64,000 bases of DNA from Phoronis australis (lineage: Eukaryota; Animalia; Phoronida): NCBI GenBank assembly GCA_002633005.1, contig NMRA01000297.1, positions 481,085 to 545,084 on the forward strand. The letters run 5' to 3'. The notes beneath the pieces are model-generated. The model was not told the origin of the DNA and searched no databases. It worked only from the letters and a program-made list of their open reading frames with translations. This document shows positions 40,201 through 50,367 of this stretch, piece by piece. How positions within the stretch are numbered: the first letter of the stretch is position 1; the number at the start of each line of letters is the position of its first letter. A program made the translations under genes and the position numbers.

Positions 40201-43200
40201 TGGCACTTGTTTCCGAAAGTTTCTAATACCATGAAAACGTTTGCGTTATTTTTAAAGGGGAACTGTTAAATTAGTCGTAATTGGTGTTTGTAAAGTCAAA
40301 ATGACCCAGTGATAGTGAACACTGTCGCACCCTTACACCCCCCGAAAAATAACTGTTATACTGTCACGCATCCAGTCACCCGGCGACTCAATGACATCGG
40401 CCTTACCGGTCGAGACAATTATCGAACGTTTTGTTTAGCAGATGAGATCAACAAGTGCCAAATAAAACAGGTTCTGTTTTACTCCTTGTGTTAATTTCCT
40501 TACTTACAATGCACACCTAGATCGTTTACTCTGGCAAATGAACTCTGATGATTTGCACGCGCTAGCGCTCACAAAACACACAGACGAACTTCAAAATAAA
40601 TATGACGTGACAACAACATGTTTGTGTTCTTCCAGAGATTTTTCTCATGTTGCAGAGTACGATCTAACGCAGATTTGGACTTAATATGCAGCTAATCCCG
40701 ACTCCACAAGAACTTAAAAATCTTACGTTATTTTGAAAACTTAAGGAGGACTTCAGGTAGGCCTAATTTGTTGAGTCGAAACTATATTTTTACTCAAGAA
40801 TTCAAGTCGACCTATCGGCGATCGCGAGGCAGCGACGCATCAGTCGGCGAGTTTTTTCTTCAAAATGCTCGTAATTTAACTACAAAGTTTGATAGCAATG
40901 CACTGCAGTTTTGTAGAAACTGTCATAGGTTGCAGATGCGTCACAGCGCGTAAATTTGATGAATTCTAGCTTACGATTTCCCCTCTTTCGGAGACCGGGT
41001 TTCAACTACATTTGGGCTATAATAAGCGCCCCCCCTCCATTCATGAAGCGAAATTTTTGTAAGCGCCCTGGGCGCTTATTAAGGCGAATACAGTAATCAG
41101 CATTTTTTCTATGGTCTGTGGGAGCGCAGGACAATAGGCAATATCTTTTTTAAATTTGTCTCAAACTGCTGAGCACTCACTGCACCACACATTTTCTTAC
41201 TTCATCCTCAGAAAAGAGACTCTGCAAATCTATAATGCTAAATACGCCATTAAATTTATTGACCACAGAAAAATGGGTGCAAATATTAATAACTAACCTC
41301 TGGTGTCTGATGCAAAAGTTTAAGCACAAGTAGAAAATGGCAACTGTAATTTGTGTAAATTATTAATAATGCAAATTTATGATGGCCATGAAAACATGAG
41401 ACGAAAATAATTTGGATGTAATGCCCGTAAGGAAATTATGAGCAGAAATGGTATTTCGAATAGTTGCACTTTATGTACAATAAATCATGCAAATTTATCA
41501 TGAAATATCTTGCGAACTGATTTCATTACATTAATTGACCACTATGTATGCACCACCAAATGAGCTCCATTAAAATCACTGACCATGGAAGCATAGGTGA
41601 ACACATTAAAGTAACCTATCTTCAGTGCTTGGTAAGGGCGTTATAAGCAAAAATATAATTTTGAGTAATGGTGGCCTTAATTTGCATGAATTATGCAAAT
41701 TTATCATGCACCAACTTGCAAACTGATTTCATTAAACTAACTGACCACAGGAATATAGGTGCAAATATCATAATAGTTCACCTGTGATGCTTGGTATCGT
41801 AGCTATTAGAACTAGTAACATTTTGAAGAATGAGAACCTTAATTTGCATGAATTATTCAAATTGAGGATGTATCCTCCTAAAAACTTTCATTTTTAAATT
41901 CGTTGATCATTGAAACATGGGTGAATGCAACAAAATGATCTTCCTGCCGTGCTTAGTGAGGAAATTATAAGCGACACAGAACTTTGCATAATGGCGCCCT
42001 TAATTTGCATATTTAAAGAATGCTCAAGGGTTGCGAACGGTCACCTCCCTGATTCATGATTAACTATGCTTAGGCTACATGTAACAGCAAAGAAAAACTT
42101 TATCCGGCAAATCCAAGTTAAGCAAAAATACCATTTGTCGTCCGGACTACTGGAACTTCATCACTTGAGGATAAGCGGAGCCATTGACGGTCGAAAACAA
42201 TTTATCGTAATCTATTTTGCCCGGGGTACGCCACGAGCTATGTTGCAGAGTAAAACAAGAGGAGGATTGGGAATATTTGTCATTTATTATGACGTAATAG
42301 ATAAAACTAACTAAGACTCTGCAAGATGGGCATGCACAAAACGCCCACCGGCGTGTACAATGAATAGCCCTGCAAGAGGGAACAACACAAAAGAACTGCC
42401 TGAAGGGCTTAAAGGAAAAGTACAGAACATGAACACAAAACTTGAAAAAAACTAACAGGAAATGTATACGAGCAAAGAGAAAGTGGAACCGCCACCCGGG
42501 ATGGGGGGTGGGTAAAAAATGAAGAGAACGAACGTAGGTCTTGTAGACGACGAGGTAGGTGGCTGAATGAGAGACCACGTTGAACAGAACAAAGGAAATA
42601 TGGGCGACCAATCAGGAGTCGCGTAGAGAAACGTATGAATACAAAAGTAGACCCTACAGGCTATAAATAGAGATGAGTAATGCAAAATAAACCCTAAGGA
42701 CTGGTCTCAAAATAAATACAAGTGTCAAAATAATGACGATAAATGCATTTAACAAGTTAAATTTAATTTATCGTAATCTATTTTGCCCGGGGTACGCCAC
42801 AAGCTATGTTGCAGAGTAAAACAAGAGGAGGATTGGGAATATTTGTCATTTATTATGACGTAATAGATAAAACTAACTAAGACTCTGCAAGATGGGCATG
42901 CACAAAACGCCATAATGGCAGCACGGGAATGCTGACATCGCCCATCGCGAATGCGTATCTATATTTTCCCTGACATGAATAAGGTTCGCTAGCTTCAAGT
43001 TCCAAAAACTGGTAATCTATTTTTACCTCATCCCTGAAAATCAGATTAGATTACTGTTATAGAACACCAAGCAGAAACCGTTAATAGGCGGACATGGCAG
43101 TTGACTGTGACACAGTAGTACGACTGTGACACAATAGTACGACTGTTGCACAATAGTATGACTGTGGCACAATAGTACAACTGTGACACAATAGTATGAC

Positions 43201-44278
43201 TGTGGCACAATAGTACGACTGTTGCACAATAGTATGACTGTGGCACAATAGTATGACTTTGACACAATAGTACGACTGTTGCACAATAGTATGACTGTGG
43301 CACAATAGTATGACTGTGACACAATAGTACGACTGTCACACAATAGTACGACTGTGGCACAATAGTATGACTGTGACACAATAGTACGACTGTGACACAA
43401 TAGTATAACTGTGACACAATAGTACGACTGTTGCACAATAGTATGACTGTGGCACAATAGTACAACTGTGACACAATAGTATGACTGTGGCACAATAGTA
43501 CAACTGTGACACAATAGTATGACTGTGACACAATAGTATGACTGTTGCACAATAGTGTGACTGTTGCACAATAGTACATCTGTGACACAATAGTATGACT
43601 GTGGCACAACAGCACGACTCTGACACAATAGTAGGACTGCGACACAATAGTACGACTGTGACACATTAGTGTGACTGTGGCACAATAGTACGACTGTCAC
43701 ACAATAGTACGACTCGGACACAATAGTACGACTCTGACACAATAGAAGGACTGGGACACAATAGTTCGACTGTGACACAATAATTCGACCGTGACACAAT
43801 AGTACGACTGGGACACACTAGTACGGCTGCGACACCATAGTATGACTGTGACACAATAGTACGACTACGATACAATAGTACGAATGGCACACAATAGTAC
43901 CGTGAAGACTGGTACACACTAGCACGGCTGGGACACAATGTCACATGGGTCGCTAAACCTGCAAGCTTGTCATTATTTCCAATAGTATGGGTTTTGATAT
44001 ATATTAACTTGTTTAGAACATCCTAAACATTTTTTAAAAAAAGGGAAAATTGTTGAGTAACAAGCCTGTTGCAATGCAACATGATAGATTGTCACTGATA
44101 ATTGACTCTGCTTATGTTAGAATGAGGGTGTTCTATCAAAGTATAAAAGCATATATTTAGTACATTCCTTTCTTTTTTCAGATGGATTAAAAAGAACAGT
44201 TCTGTGGGCTCTGAGCCAGCAAGTACAAACGCACTCGACACAAGATCACAATCTATCACGTGCAACTTCGGCAACTGA
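3868..44278 (+). CDS. Multi-exon type I membrane protein (EGF/TSP1/sushi/ephrin-receptor-like Cys repeats/mucin/TM), 5'-partial; SVEP1/uninflatable/SCUBE-type module mix
   Basis: 14 AG/GT-bounded exons join in frame: 3868-3963, 5294-5425, 5732-5902, 7544-7714, 7876-8046, 8196-8291, 10101-10232, 12141-12356, 21084-21329, 22204-22374, 26275-26448, 33160-33792, 34826-35504, 44182-44278. All introns are phase 1 except the last (phase 2). No internal stop. Confidence 0.85.
5294..5425 (+). CDS. Exon: completes EGF1 and encodes EGF2
   Basis: cag|[44 protein letters not shown]|gtattt, 132 nt. Confidence 0.88.
5732..5902 (+). CDS. Exon: thrombospondin type-1 repeat 1
   Basis: [43 protein letters not shown]...CP, 171 nt, phase 1-1. 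Confidence 0.92.
6070..6292. repeat. Degenerate ~19-bp minisatellite (GGGATGGACTGTACAGTAT-like)
   Basis: Recurring ggatggactgtac units. Confidence 0.75.
7544..7714 (+). CDS. Exon: thrombospondin type-1 repeat 2
   Basis: [43 protein letters not shown]...CP, 171 nt. Confidence 0.92.
7876..8046 (+). CDS. Exon: thrombospondin type-1 repeat 3
   Basis: [41 protein letters not shown]...CP|gtaagc, 171 nt. Confidence 0.92.
8196..8291 (+). CDS. Exon: EGF domain 3
   Basis: ttcag|[33 protein letters not shown]|gtaaac, 96 nt. Confidence 0.9.
8555..9428. mobile_element. Non-autonomous element with a large terminal hairpin and internal inverted repeat (Crypton-like architecture)
   Basis: Palindrome 8555-8718 (atagattattacatg...catgtaataatctat). 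tctatttatacca at ~8714 is mirrored by tgtggtaaaataga at ~9415. A second partial copy lies at 34266-34450. Confidence 0.55.
9427..9672. repeat. ~44-bp minisatellite (AGACTATTGCAACAAAGATACGACATCCACTTGGATGATACTAG)
   Basis: About five abutting diverged units. Confidence 0.85.
10101..10232 (+). CDS. Exon: completes EGF3 and encodes EGF4
   Basis: ttcag|[44 protein letters not shown]|gtaaga, 132 nt. Paralogous to 5294-5425. Confidence 0.9.
12141..12356 (+). CDS. Exon: sushi/CCP-like domain
   Basis: [18 protein letters not shown]...[11 protein letters not shown]...[11 protein letters not shown]...PPCTE|gtaact, 216 nt. Confidence 0.88.
12592..13914. mobile_element. Non-autonomous Tc1/mariner-type element with TA TSD
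   Basis: TA|CAGTACAGCCACTGAATT...AATTCAGTGGCTGTACTG|TA, with subterminal tcacgcct/ccgg motif arrays at both ends. Confidence 0.85.
14620..14815 (+). pseudogene. THAP zinc-finger remnant, probably transposon-derived
   Basis: CIVPAC...[17 protein letters not shown]...[13 protein letters not shown] matches the C2CH THAP signature. The reading frame decays downstream and the remnant lies in an intron. Upstream 14467-14562 recurs at 48277-48374. Confidence 0.75.
16934..19467. mobile_element. 2.5-kb non-autonomous hAT-like element with 5-bp TSD CCTAA
   Basis: CAGGGATCGACA...TGTCGAGCCCTG flanked by CCTAA on both sides. Subterminal caggtcgca/cagctcgca repeats at both ends. Confidence 0.8.
21084..21329 (+). 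CDS. Exon: low-Cys linker (SEA-like region, first half) with RFKR furin site
   Basis: ctag|[18 protein letters not shown]...[25 protein letters not shown]|gtaaga, 246 nt, phase 1-1. Confidence 0.8.
22204..22374 (+). CDS. Exon: linker second half, rich in N-glycosylation sequons
   Basis: cccag|[57 protein letters not shown]|gtaagt, 171 nt. Not in the ORF track on +. Confidence 0.82.
23105..23168 (-). other. tRNA-derived Pol III head (SINE or pseudo-tRNA fragment)
   Basis: Minus strand GTCGTGGTGGTGTAGTGGTAAAGC...GAGTTCGAGTC gives an A box (TGGTGTAGTGG) and a B box (GTTCGAGTC). No convincing cloverleaf. Confidence 0.5.
24598..26058 (-). mobile_element. Penelope-like retroelement (RT + GIY-YIG), 5'-truncated, with an inverted copy of its 3' end
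   Basis: Minus strand: [51 protein letters not shown]...YIGETKR. Region 25646-26058 is an inverted duplicate of 24598-25015. Confidence 0.9.
26060..26210. repeat. (TAGTA)n microsatellite
   Basis: Direct reading. A shorter tract of the same type lies at 24541-24562. Confidence 0.9.
26275..26448 (+). CDS. Exon: ephrin-receptor-like (GCC2/GCC3) Cys-rich repeat
   Basis: gtag|VRCRSGTYY...[38 protein letters not shown]|gtatgt, 174 nt. Confidence 0.9.
28177..28855. other. Assembly gap (N run)
   Basis: Run of n characters. Confidence 1.
30848..30930. repeat. Near-perfect palindrome (~37-bp arms)
   Basis: atgggcaaaacctcttggaaatttcgtcaaaatcccg / cgggattttgacaaaatttccaagaggtttgcccat. Confidence 0.85.
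30946..32780 (-). mobile_element. Second Penelope-like copy, split by an insertion at 31630-32575
   Basis: High identity to 24675-25520. GIY-YIG motif GVIYQLKCD...YIGETK. The sequence resumes in register after the insert (gtgct-ttaa...ttaa-gggggtggttggaag). Confidence 0.88.
31630..32575. mobile_element. Non-autonomous Kolobok-like element with TTAA TSD
   Basis: TTAA|AGTGTACACAACAAG...CATGGTGTGTACTGT|TTAA. A decayed minus-strand ORF from ATG 32371 is acidic at the N-terminus and then reads YFEPY in a shifted frame. Confidence 0.7.
33160..33792 (+). CDS. Exon: tandem array of 17-aa CxxGxYQxxxGQxxCxx ephrin-receptor-like repeats
   Basis: acag|EICSAGQY...[18 protein letters not shown]|gtaaga, 633 nt, ten 17-aa units plus caps. 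Confidence 0.93.
34120..34805. repeat. 36-bp minisatellite interrupted by (TA)n and a hairpin-element fragment
   Basis: Unit cttatacgttcc(g/t)ccacg..atataata..ttgatt. (TA)n at about 34227-34267. 34266-34450 matches 8561-8770. Confidence 0.85.
34826..35504 (+). CDS. Exon: Ser/Thr-rich mucin-like stalk and transmembrane helix
   Basis: tgcag|[14 protein letters not shown]...[26 protein letters not shown]. Donor cg|gtgagt is phase 2. Confidence 0.9.
35993..36239. mobile_element. MITE with CATGCGCGCACCC TIR and 5-bp TSD CCATG
   Basis: CCATG|CATGCGCGCACCCAG...CCGGGTGCGCGCATG|CCATG. Confidence 0.85.
37334..39374. mobile_element. ISL2EU/Harbinger-like internal-deletion element nested in the Academ-like element
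   Basis: AT|TGACCTATCGC...GCGATAGGTCA|AT. Decayed THAP on + (37499-37712: [15 protein letters not shown]...[23 protein letters not shown]). Decayed convergent ORF on - (ESYVHD...RSQRKSEE...CSCKAG, SWIM-like). Confidence 0.7.
38361..38668. mobile_element. MITE (CATAGGCGGAT...ATCCGCCACTG) with near-perfect 5-bp TSD
   Basis: Flanks AATTC/AGTTC. An inverted copy lies at 52639-52947 and a partial one ends at 23744. Confidence 0.8.
39830..40093 (-). pseudogene. HIRAN-like domain remnant
   Basis: ...[24 protein letters not shown] resembles the NxxDxxAVxV...VGHVPR motif. Frameshifted. Confidence 0.45.
42199..42911. repeat. 147-bp near-identical direct repeat pair (42199-42345 and 42765-42911)
   Basis: aatttatcgtaatctatttt...gcatgcacaaaacgcc occurs twice with only 1-2 differences. 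Confidence 0.9.
43103..43945. repeat. 19-bp minisatellite (CACAATAGTA(C/T)GACTGTG(A/G))
   Basis: More than 40 abutting units, diverging toward the right end. Confidence 0.95.
44182..44278 (+). CDS. Probable last exon: short cytoplasmic tail
   Basis: Strong polypyrimidine acceptor ttcctttcttttttcag. Phase 2 join gives [33 protein letters not shown]. Confidence 0.65.
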
Positions 44279-45702
44279 TCTCGTCAAAGGAAACAGTTTA
44301 ATAGCTGCTAACGACACATGAATTGGAACCCAAAATAAGAAATTACCATTTTAGTACATAAAATAAGCGTTACCTGCTTTTTCCAATGTTGATTTGTGAC
44401 ATAGTCTTTGAACCACATAATGATTTTATGCAAATGCAGTTTTAAAATCAAAGTTAGAATCAGAATCAACAATATTTATTGTGTGTAGGTCTTGGTCTCA
44501 TATTTATTGCGTGTTGGTCTTAGCCTCACATTTATTGTGTCTTGGTCTTGGCCTCACAATACAATTTACTTTACAACTTCACAATGATAAAATTTCAGCT
44601 CTTAGCACTGTTGCTCTCGAAACATTTAACGCCAGGCTTTTAGTTCAAAGATCATGGCTTTAAAAAATCTAACTCCTGTAGCACCGTTTACCATATTCGT
44701 CAGTGAACAACACCAAGCACAGGCAGTGACACATAAAATGAATCTCGTATTCAATTTGACCAGTATTGCATATTCTACAAATTCTCTCATCCTCGGTTGG
44801 ACTTGCGTGCCGCCCTCTCTCAATATAAAGCTTGTGCATTGAGCAAGTAGGGGTCTAATAGGTATAGACCATTTTCACAATAGTAGTTAGAATGGAATAT
44901 GGTTTTGTTATTTTTATGTATTTGAATATCATATTTAGCAATCTTGCATAAAAATATGCGTGACTGTGGTTTGTCTTACTAATTGTAAATTTCATAAATG
45001 CTTGTAAAGCATGACATGAAATTTTGATTTCACGAGTAAGAATAAAGCAGTTATAATAATTGCAAAATGGAACAATTATAACTACTTCCGTTCTTACGAA
45101 ATAAAATTAAACTTGCACACGCATCCCCCATGATGTTAGTAAGTGTGCAAACTCGGCTGTACGTGATGGTTAATTTTAACTTTGAGAAATTCTGATATTA
45201 ATTTTTTATACGGTTAATTAGTGTATCATCAGTTTCGTGCTGTGACGTACCGCTCCCGAAGTACTCGCTCGAGCTATCATGACGTCACGTTTAACCCACT
45301 CACTCCCAAATTCTTATTTTGTTGCAATTTTCATTTATGTCATGTGCCTTGACACTTTATTAAAGAGTTTTGATCATTTTAATGGAAAAGTTGTTATTTG
45401 GGGTCATATTGGGGTCATTTGTAATCGTCCAATTAATGGGACAGTGGGAAAAATGGGTGCTATATACAACATAAAAGCAAATTTATTTTTTACATAATTC
45501 CAATTCATTTTATTACTTTATATGGATTAACACATTGTTTTCATGCATATAAAATGAACAAGAACTTATCATAATAACAATTATGACTTATTTTAAGACA
45601 ATTATCGCTAACAAACTATTTTTGAAATATTGCGTACTGCAGTTTTATTTCGTATTCGGCCACAGTAACATGTTGTTATGACGGCATTGAGGCTGAGTAA
45701 TG

Positions 45703-47743
45703 TCACTGGTGGTATGCAACAAAGCATATGTCATGCAGGTTCGCATAACACTTGCTGCAGGCTTTTGTGGTTTTCTTTCCACAGACAAAACAGCGACGCT
45801 GAGTAGGCCGAGTGATGATATAGTGCTCAGTTTTGTCCATACGAACTTCATCAAGGACATTCTTAGAAAATGGAGTCGCACTTCTTGGTCTTCCCATCAG
45901 ATTAGCTGTTTGCCGTCCTTTGGCAAGGTACACACGGGCGATGTCTTGCCTGACGTCAAGCAGATCCTTGGGTTGTTGTTTGGCAGCTGGTGTGGCGCGA
46001 TACAAGTGCCACGCTTGCTGAACACAAACATCCAGACAGTATACAAAAATGCACCACCACTTCTTAGACCGTACATTAACTCTGTACTTATCCACATTCT
46101 GGTCCATTCTATCAACCCCTCCCATGGTGTTGTTGTAATGTTTAATTACAAATGACTGAGATTTTCACTCTCTAATTCTCGACCCTGGACCATCGTTGGG
46201 CTTGGTGGACGGGCTCTACTCCATGGATATTTGATGCTATATTTACAATGCTGTTGTCGTTCCAGCGAACTACCATTAGCATGTTTAATTTGTCCAGGGC
46301 AAAATCGTAGTACCCACGCGGCTTCGATTGCATCCCTTTTATTGACAAGAGAAGACAATCGCCGACACGATTTGCACGTATGGTGCCAGTGCATGCGATG
46401 CCCATCTTTGTCAGCTCGTCAATGAGAGGGAAGGACGTAAATAAATTGTCGAAGGTTAGATGGTAGCCGTTGTCTTTTTGGAGCTTGGCCAAGAGGGGCC
46501 AAGACCACACCACCTCCCATTCCAAACGCAGCAGATTCAGTTGCTTGCCTCCCGTTTTTCCCTTGATACGGTTCAAACTGGACAACGTATCCCAGTGGTG
46601 TTGTTAGAGCCCACATCGTGAAACCGAATCGTATTGGCTTCTCTCCAATGAACTGTTTGACACCATGCCGGCCATAATATGGTATCATACTCTCGTCAAT
46701 AGACAGGTTTTGTTGCTTGATGAAATTGTTCAAACACATTTCGTTGATGGCTGATAACAGGGGCCTCACCTCCGCCATCTTGTCTGTCGCATTGAGAGAG
46801 TCGTTGTCTGCTAGATGGAGGTACTTCATTATTTCGTCAAAGCAATTTCTTGACATGGTGCTCGCCACGGCCTCATTTCTCACGTCATCATCCAGTGACC
46901 AGTACATACGACGGCGAGGAACGGGAGAATAACCAGATACCAAAAGAATTCCAAGGAAGCCACGCATCTCATCAGCGGTCACTTGAAATGTATGATTACC
47001 TTTGGATGTAGCATGTTTGATAGTTTGCGCAGCTAGTAACTCAATTACATCTTGATCAAAAAAAAGTTCAAATAACCCGGTTGGTGTTTGCGGCAGACTT
47101 TCACCACCAAAATAAACTAGCTGCCACGCAAATTTATCTGACTTTGGGGTATCTTCTTCGGACCAGGATCTGGCAACTTTCTGTGTTGGTTTCGGCGTAC
47201 TGCTTACTTTTCGTTTCTTTGGAGCAGGCACAACAGGTAAATCATCACCACTGGCATCTTTTTCTACTTCTCCTTCAACTTCCTCAACAACATTCACATG
47301 TCTTTGTTCATTTTGTACCAAAGTCACGGACGCAGTAGAAGTCAATAGGCGACGCGGCAAGCTGTCGACATTCCCACTACCATCTTCATCATCACTGTCC
47401 TCATCAGTTACGTTGCCTTCATCAGGAGGATCAATGAAAATATCAGCCCTTTAGAAGTGCTGATCATCTTCCAACATTGAAATTGCATCATTAACCGTGA
47501 AGAGTCTGCAAAAAATATGAAAAATGTCAATGCTGATCGAAGGTCTAGAGCACCCATTTGATCCCGTTGTCCTTTTAATGGGACGGTTTTTAACTAACTT
47601 ATATGTAATTAGCACAACATAAAACCACTGAGTAATATGTTATTCACAATCTACAATGGTGTTAATTCATATTTGCAAAATTTCATAGCAATATGTTCAA
47701 GTAATAATAACATAAAATGAACTTAACTTTGTCTTTGAGTCAT
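45703..47743 (-). pseudogene. piggyBac transposase (PGBD2/PGBD3-like), disrupted
   Basis: IFIDPPDEGNVTDEDSDDED, LFELFFD, MSRNCFDEIMKYLHLADN, SIDESMIPYYGRHGVKQFIGEKPIRFG, TFDNLFTS, RWNDN, MGGVDRMDQ and a C-terminal CxxC...CxxC..LH..CF..YH. Frameshifts and stops. TTAA|CCC terminus at 45291-45297. Confidence 0.92.
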
Positions 47744-49189
47744 TTTTGTTCCACATGGATGGAGTGGCATCACAATAACGCCTTTGTGCTGCAATGAAGG
47801 GGAGATAATTGTTTCAGTTACTTGCATGAATGGAAGTCATTATGAAACAGCTGCACAACTATGTCTATATTTAGTTTTAGACAGAGTTTTAAAGGGCGTC
47901 CCAATGATGGGACATCGTGCCATGTTGGGGGACAATTATTTCAGTATAGTGGTATTGAGAAGCAGACACAGTTGTTAATTGAATTCTCTGCAGGATTTAC
48001 ACAATATAATAGTAAGTTTTGTGCAATAGTTCGCTGTTGGAGCAGGGGTAACAGAGATGTTATAAAAAAGCAACCGTGCACAATTTTCAGGTTTTGTGCT
48101 AAAATATCATGAAGATTCTAAATATTTCACTGAGCAGTCATGCAGTTGAAAATTTACAATCTTCAAAGGCTTTAATTTTTTCTTTTTGTGCCCGCAACTC
48201 TTTGCATATATGTGTAAAACGATTGGTGCATTCACAGACTCACACACTCCGCCCAACCCAGCGCCAGAGAATGCGACCCGACTTATTTAGTCTTTTTTAC
48301 CGTCTTGATCTCTCTATTATTCCACATCGCCTCTTATACGGTCGACTTCACCTTGCCGAGATGTGTTGCGTTAATAATGATTCCATATAAAAACCATATG
48401 AAAATGAAAATTCACTATATACTCAAAAATTCATACAGCGCTAATATTTTGTATGTGTGTTGGGATGCTGTCCCAAAGTACACTGCTGCAATATTTGCAC
48501 TCAATAATCTTTGGTTTCCGAGTTATGACCTATTTGGCTATAAAGGCATAGTTTGCATTTTTTCATGTCAGTAAAACTGCTCTTTTGGAACGGCAAAACA
48601 TCAAACTTGGAAAACTGGTGACAAACTTTGACATTGGTGGTCATAAAGACTAATGTAAGGTTAGTAAGAAAATGAAATTTGAAACTTACAGGTACATTTA
48701 TATTTCCAACAGGGGAGAAAATTCCGAGACCCTTTTTCAGGGCATTAACAAGTGGCAAGATGTTGCTTAACCTGCCTGCTATATCGGAATACATTTGAAG
48801 TTGAAATTCTCTGTGTAGACACTTTTAAGACTGATTTTTGATAATTGCTTTTAAAAAATCTTGTCTCTTACATATCTAATGCTAAACGTGGCCCTCGAAT
48901 TTGGTCATTTTTGTGATGTGGCCTTACTCTGACTGACAGGAGAATTGAGGCTACTCTTTTAGTTCAGAGATATCACCTAAAATAAATGATCTAATATCAA
49001 CAATGCAATATCACAAAAATTTAAGTTTCACTTTTGAGACCCCAATTTTCTGAAACACTCTGTTTAACTTTACCAATAGGACTTTAGGCTTCGAAATTAC
49101 ATGCACTTCCTGTCACTGTAAAGAATAGGGCGGAATTTCCTTCTTGTACATTTGGTCAATTTTCGTTACTAAAGTGGGATCGCAGAGGA

Positions 49190-49530
49190 AATGTGGCCTT
49201 CATTAGCTGTGTTAAAGACGTCAGAAGTCATCTGAGGTCGTGCAAAGTGCCACAGAAGTTTGACAGTATATCAGAATTACAGTTGATTCTTGCCAGAGCT
49301 GGAGAGAGGAGGCTGGACTGGCAAATCAATGGAAATGCGTCGTTATGTGTTTTACACATCGACACTAGTTTGGACTTGGCTTTAGACAAAAATTGACGTG
49401 CCGTTATCCAGAACACATATTTACACTGTAGAACGAAGCGGAAGATTGAACGGTGCATTGACTTTCGCATGTCGCAAAAGATTTTTCGCCAGTTTGATTT
49501 GTTAGTCCCTGTTGGTGCAAGTGAGATATT
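49190..49530 (+). pseudogene. Decayed Cys-rich N-terminus of a large DNA-transposon protein (Sola3-like, from memory)
   Basis: SELQLILARAG...C..HR..FG....C.YPEH...VPVG motif string across frameshifts. Confidence 0.35.
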
Positions 49531-50367
49531 AGTAGCAATTGATAAAAAGTTACTTCAAATTTATCACAACTGTTGGCCTGGGTCAACAGGTCATGACTTC
49601 CTTTCGGAATATTGTATTAGCTGTCGCTGACAACTTTCGACTTACTGACAGCCCAGGTGCACAAACTTGATAGGCCTATCCGGTAAGCGGATTAGGATGG
49701 GCTGCTGGATTTTGAAAATTGCAACCATGTTACACCTTGCAAGTCTGAAAATTGTGATCCATATTTATTCAAATGGTTCAAAGGTGTGACCCATGTTTAT
49801 ACCGAAAGACCACGAAAAAGTATGTGCCATACTTGTACAAAAGGTTTATACACATCTTTAGTACATATGACTTGTGAGAGCTGGTGAAATCGTCACCAGA
49901 TTTGCCATTCCACTAGTCTGCTTCTGCTCTGGTCGCCATTGAAGCTAGTAGATTATGCCAGAGCAATGATGGCGACCATCCCTGAGGTGATTGCTTGCCG
50001 TAATTTGTATTTTAATATTTACGTCAAGATATTTTCTAAGTATGGAAAGAAGCTCCACTCATGATTATACCCACGACTCAAAAATTGACAATAGAGTTCA
50101 CTTCCCTTTAAAATTGTAATGGCAGTTGATCATAATTTTTCACTTATTCAGTACTTTTTGTCATGCAGTCAACTGACTTGTCGGTCAGCTGTATTCAGAT
50201 GTGCACCTCATCAGCTTCGGAATGTAACACAGGTTTTTATGAGCCCACATGACAGATGACAGCAAATTTCGGATGGATCCAACAACTGGTTGGCACATAA
50301 TCTATCAGGGAGATGGCGTTATCCTCCCATTTTCGGATGTATTTCAGGTATTTTGTTTCACCCAGTG

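Larger units (their letters stand above)
36389..42149. mobile_element. Non-autonomous Academ-like DNA transposon with long TIRs and 3-bp TSD CTG
   Basis: CTG|TAGTCCGG...CCGGACTA|CTG. Inverted similarity runs several hundred bp (ggtgaccgttcgcaacccttgagcatt at 36481 vs aatgctcaagggttgcgaacggtcacc at ~42020), with internal atgcaaattaagg repeats. Confidence 0.8.

Noticed and set aside
43041-43944. Long Cys/Tyr-rich ORFs (252 aa, 206 aa and others)
   Set aside because: They are translations of the 19-bp minisatellite, open in several frames.
48030-48055. Second piggyBac TIR (ggagcaggggtaa)
   Set aside because: The match to the TTAA|CCCACTCACTCC end is too weak to fix the boundary.
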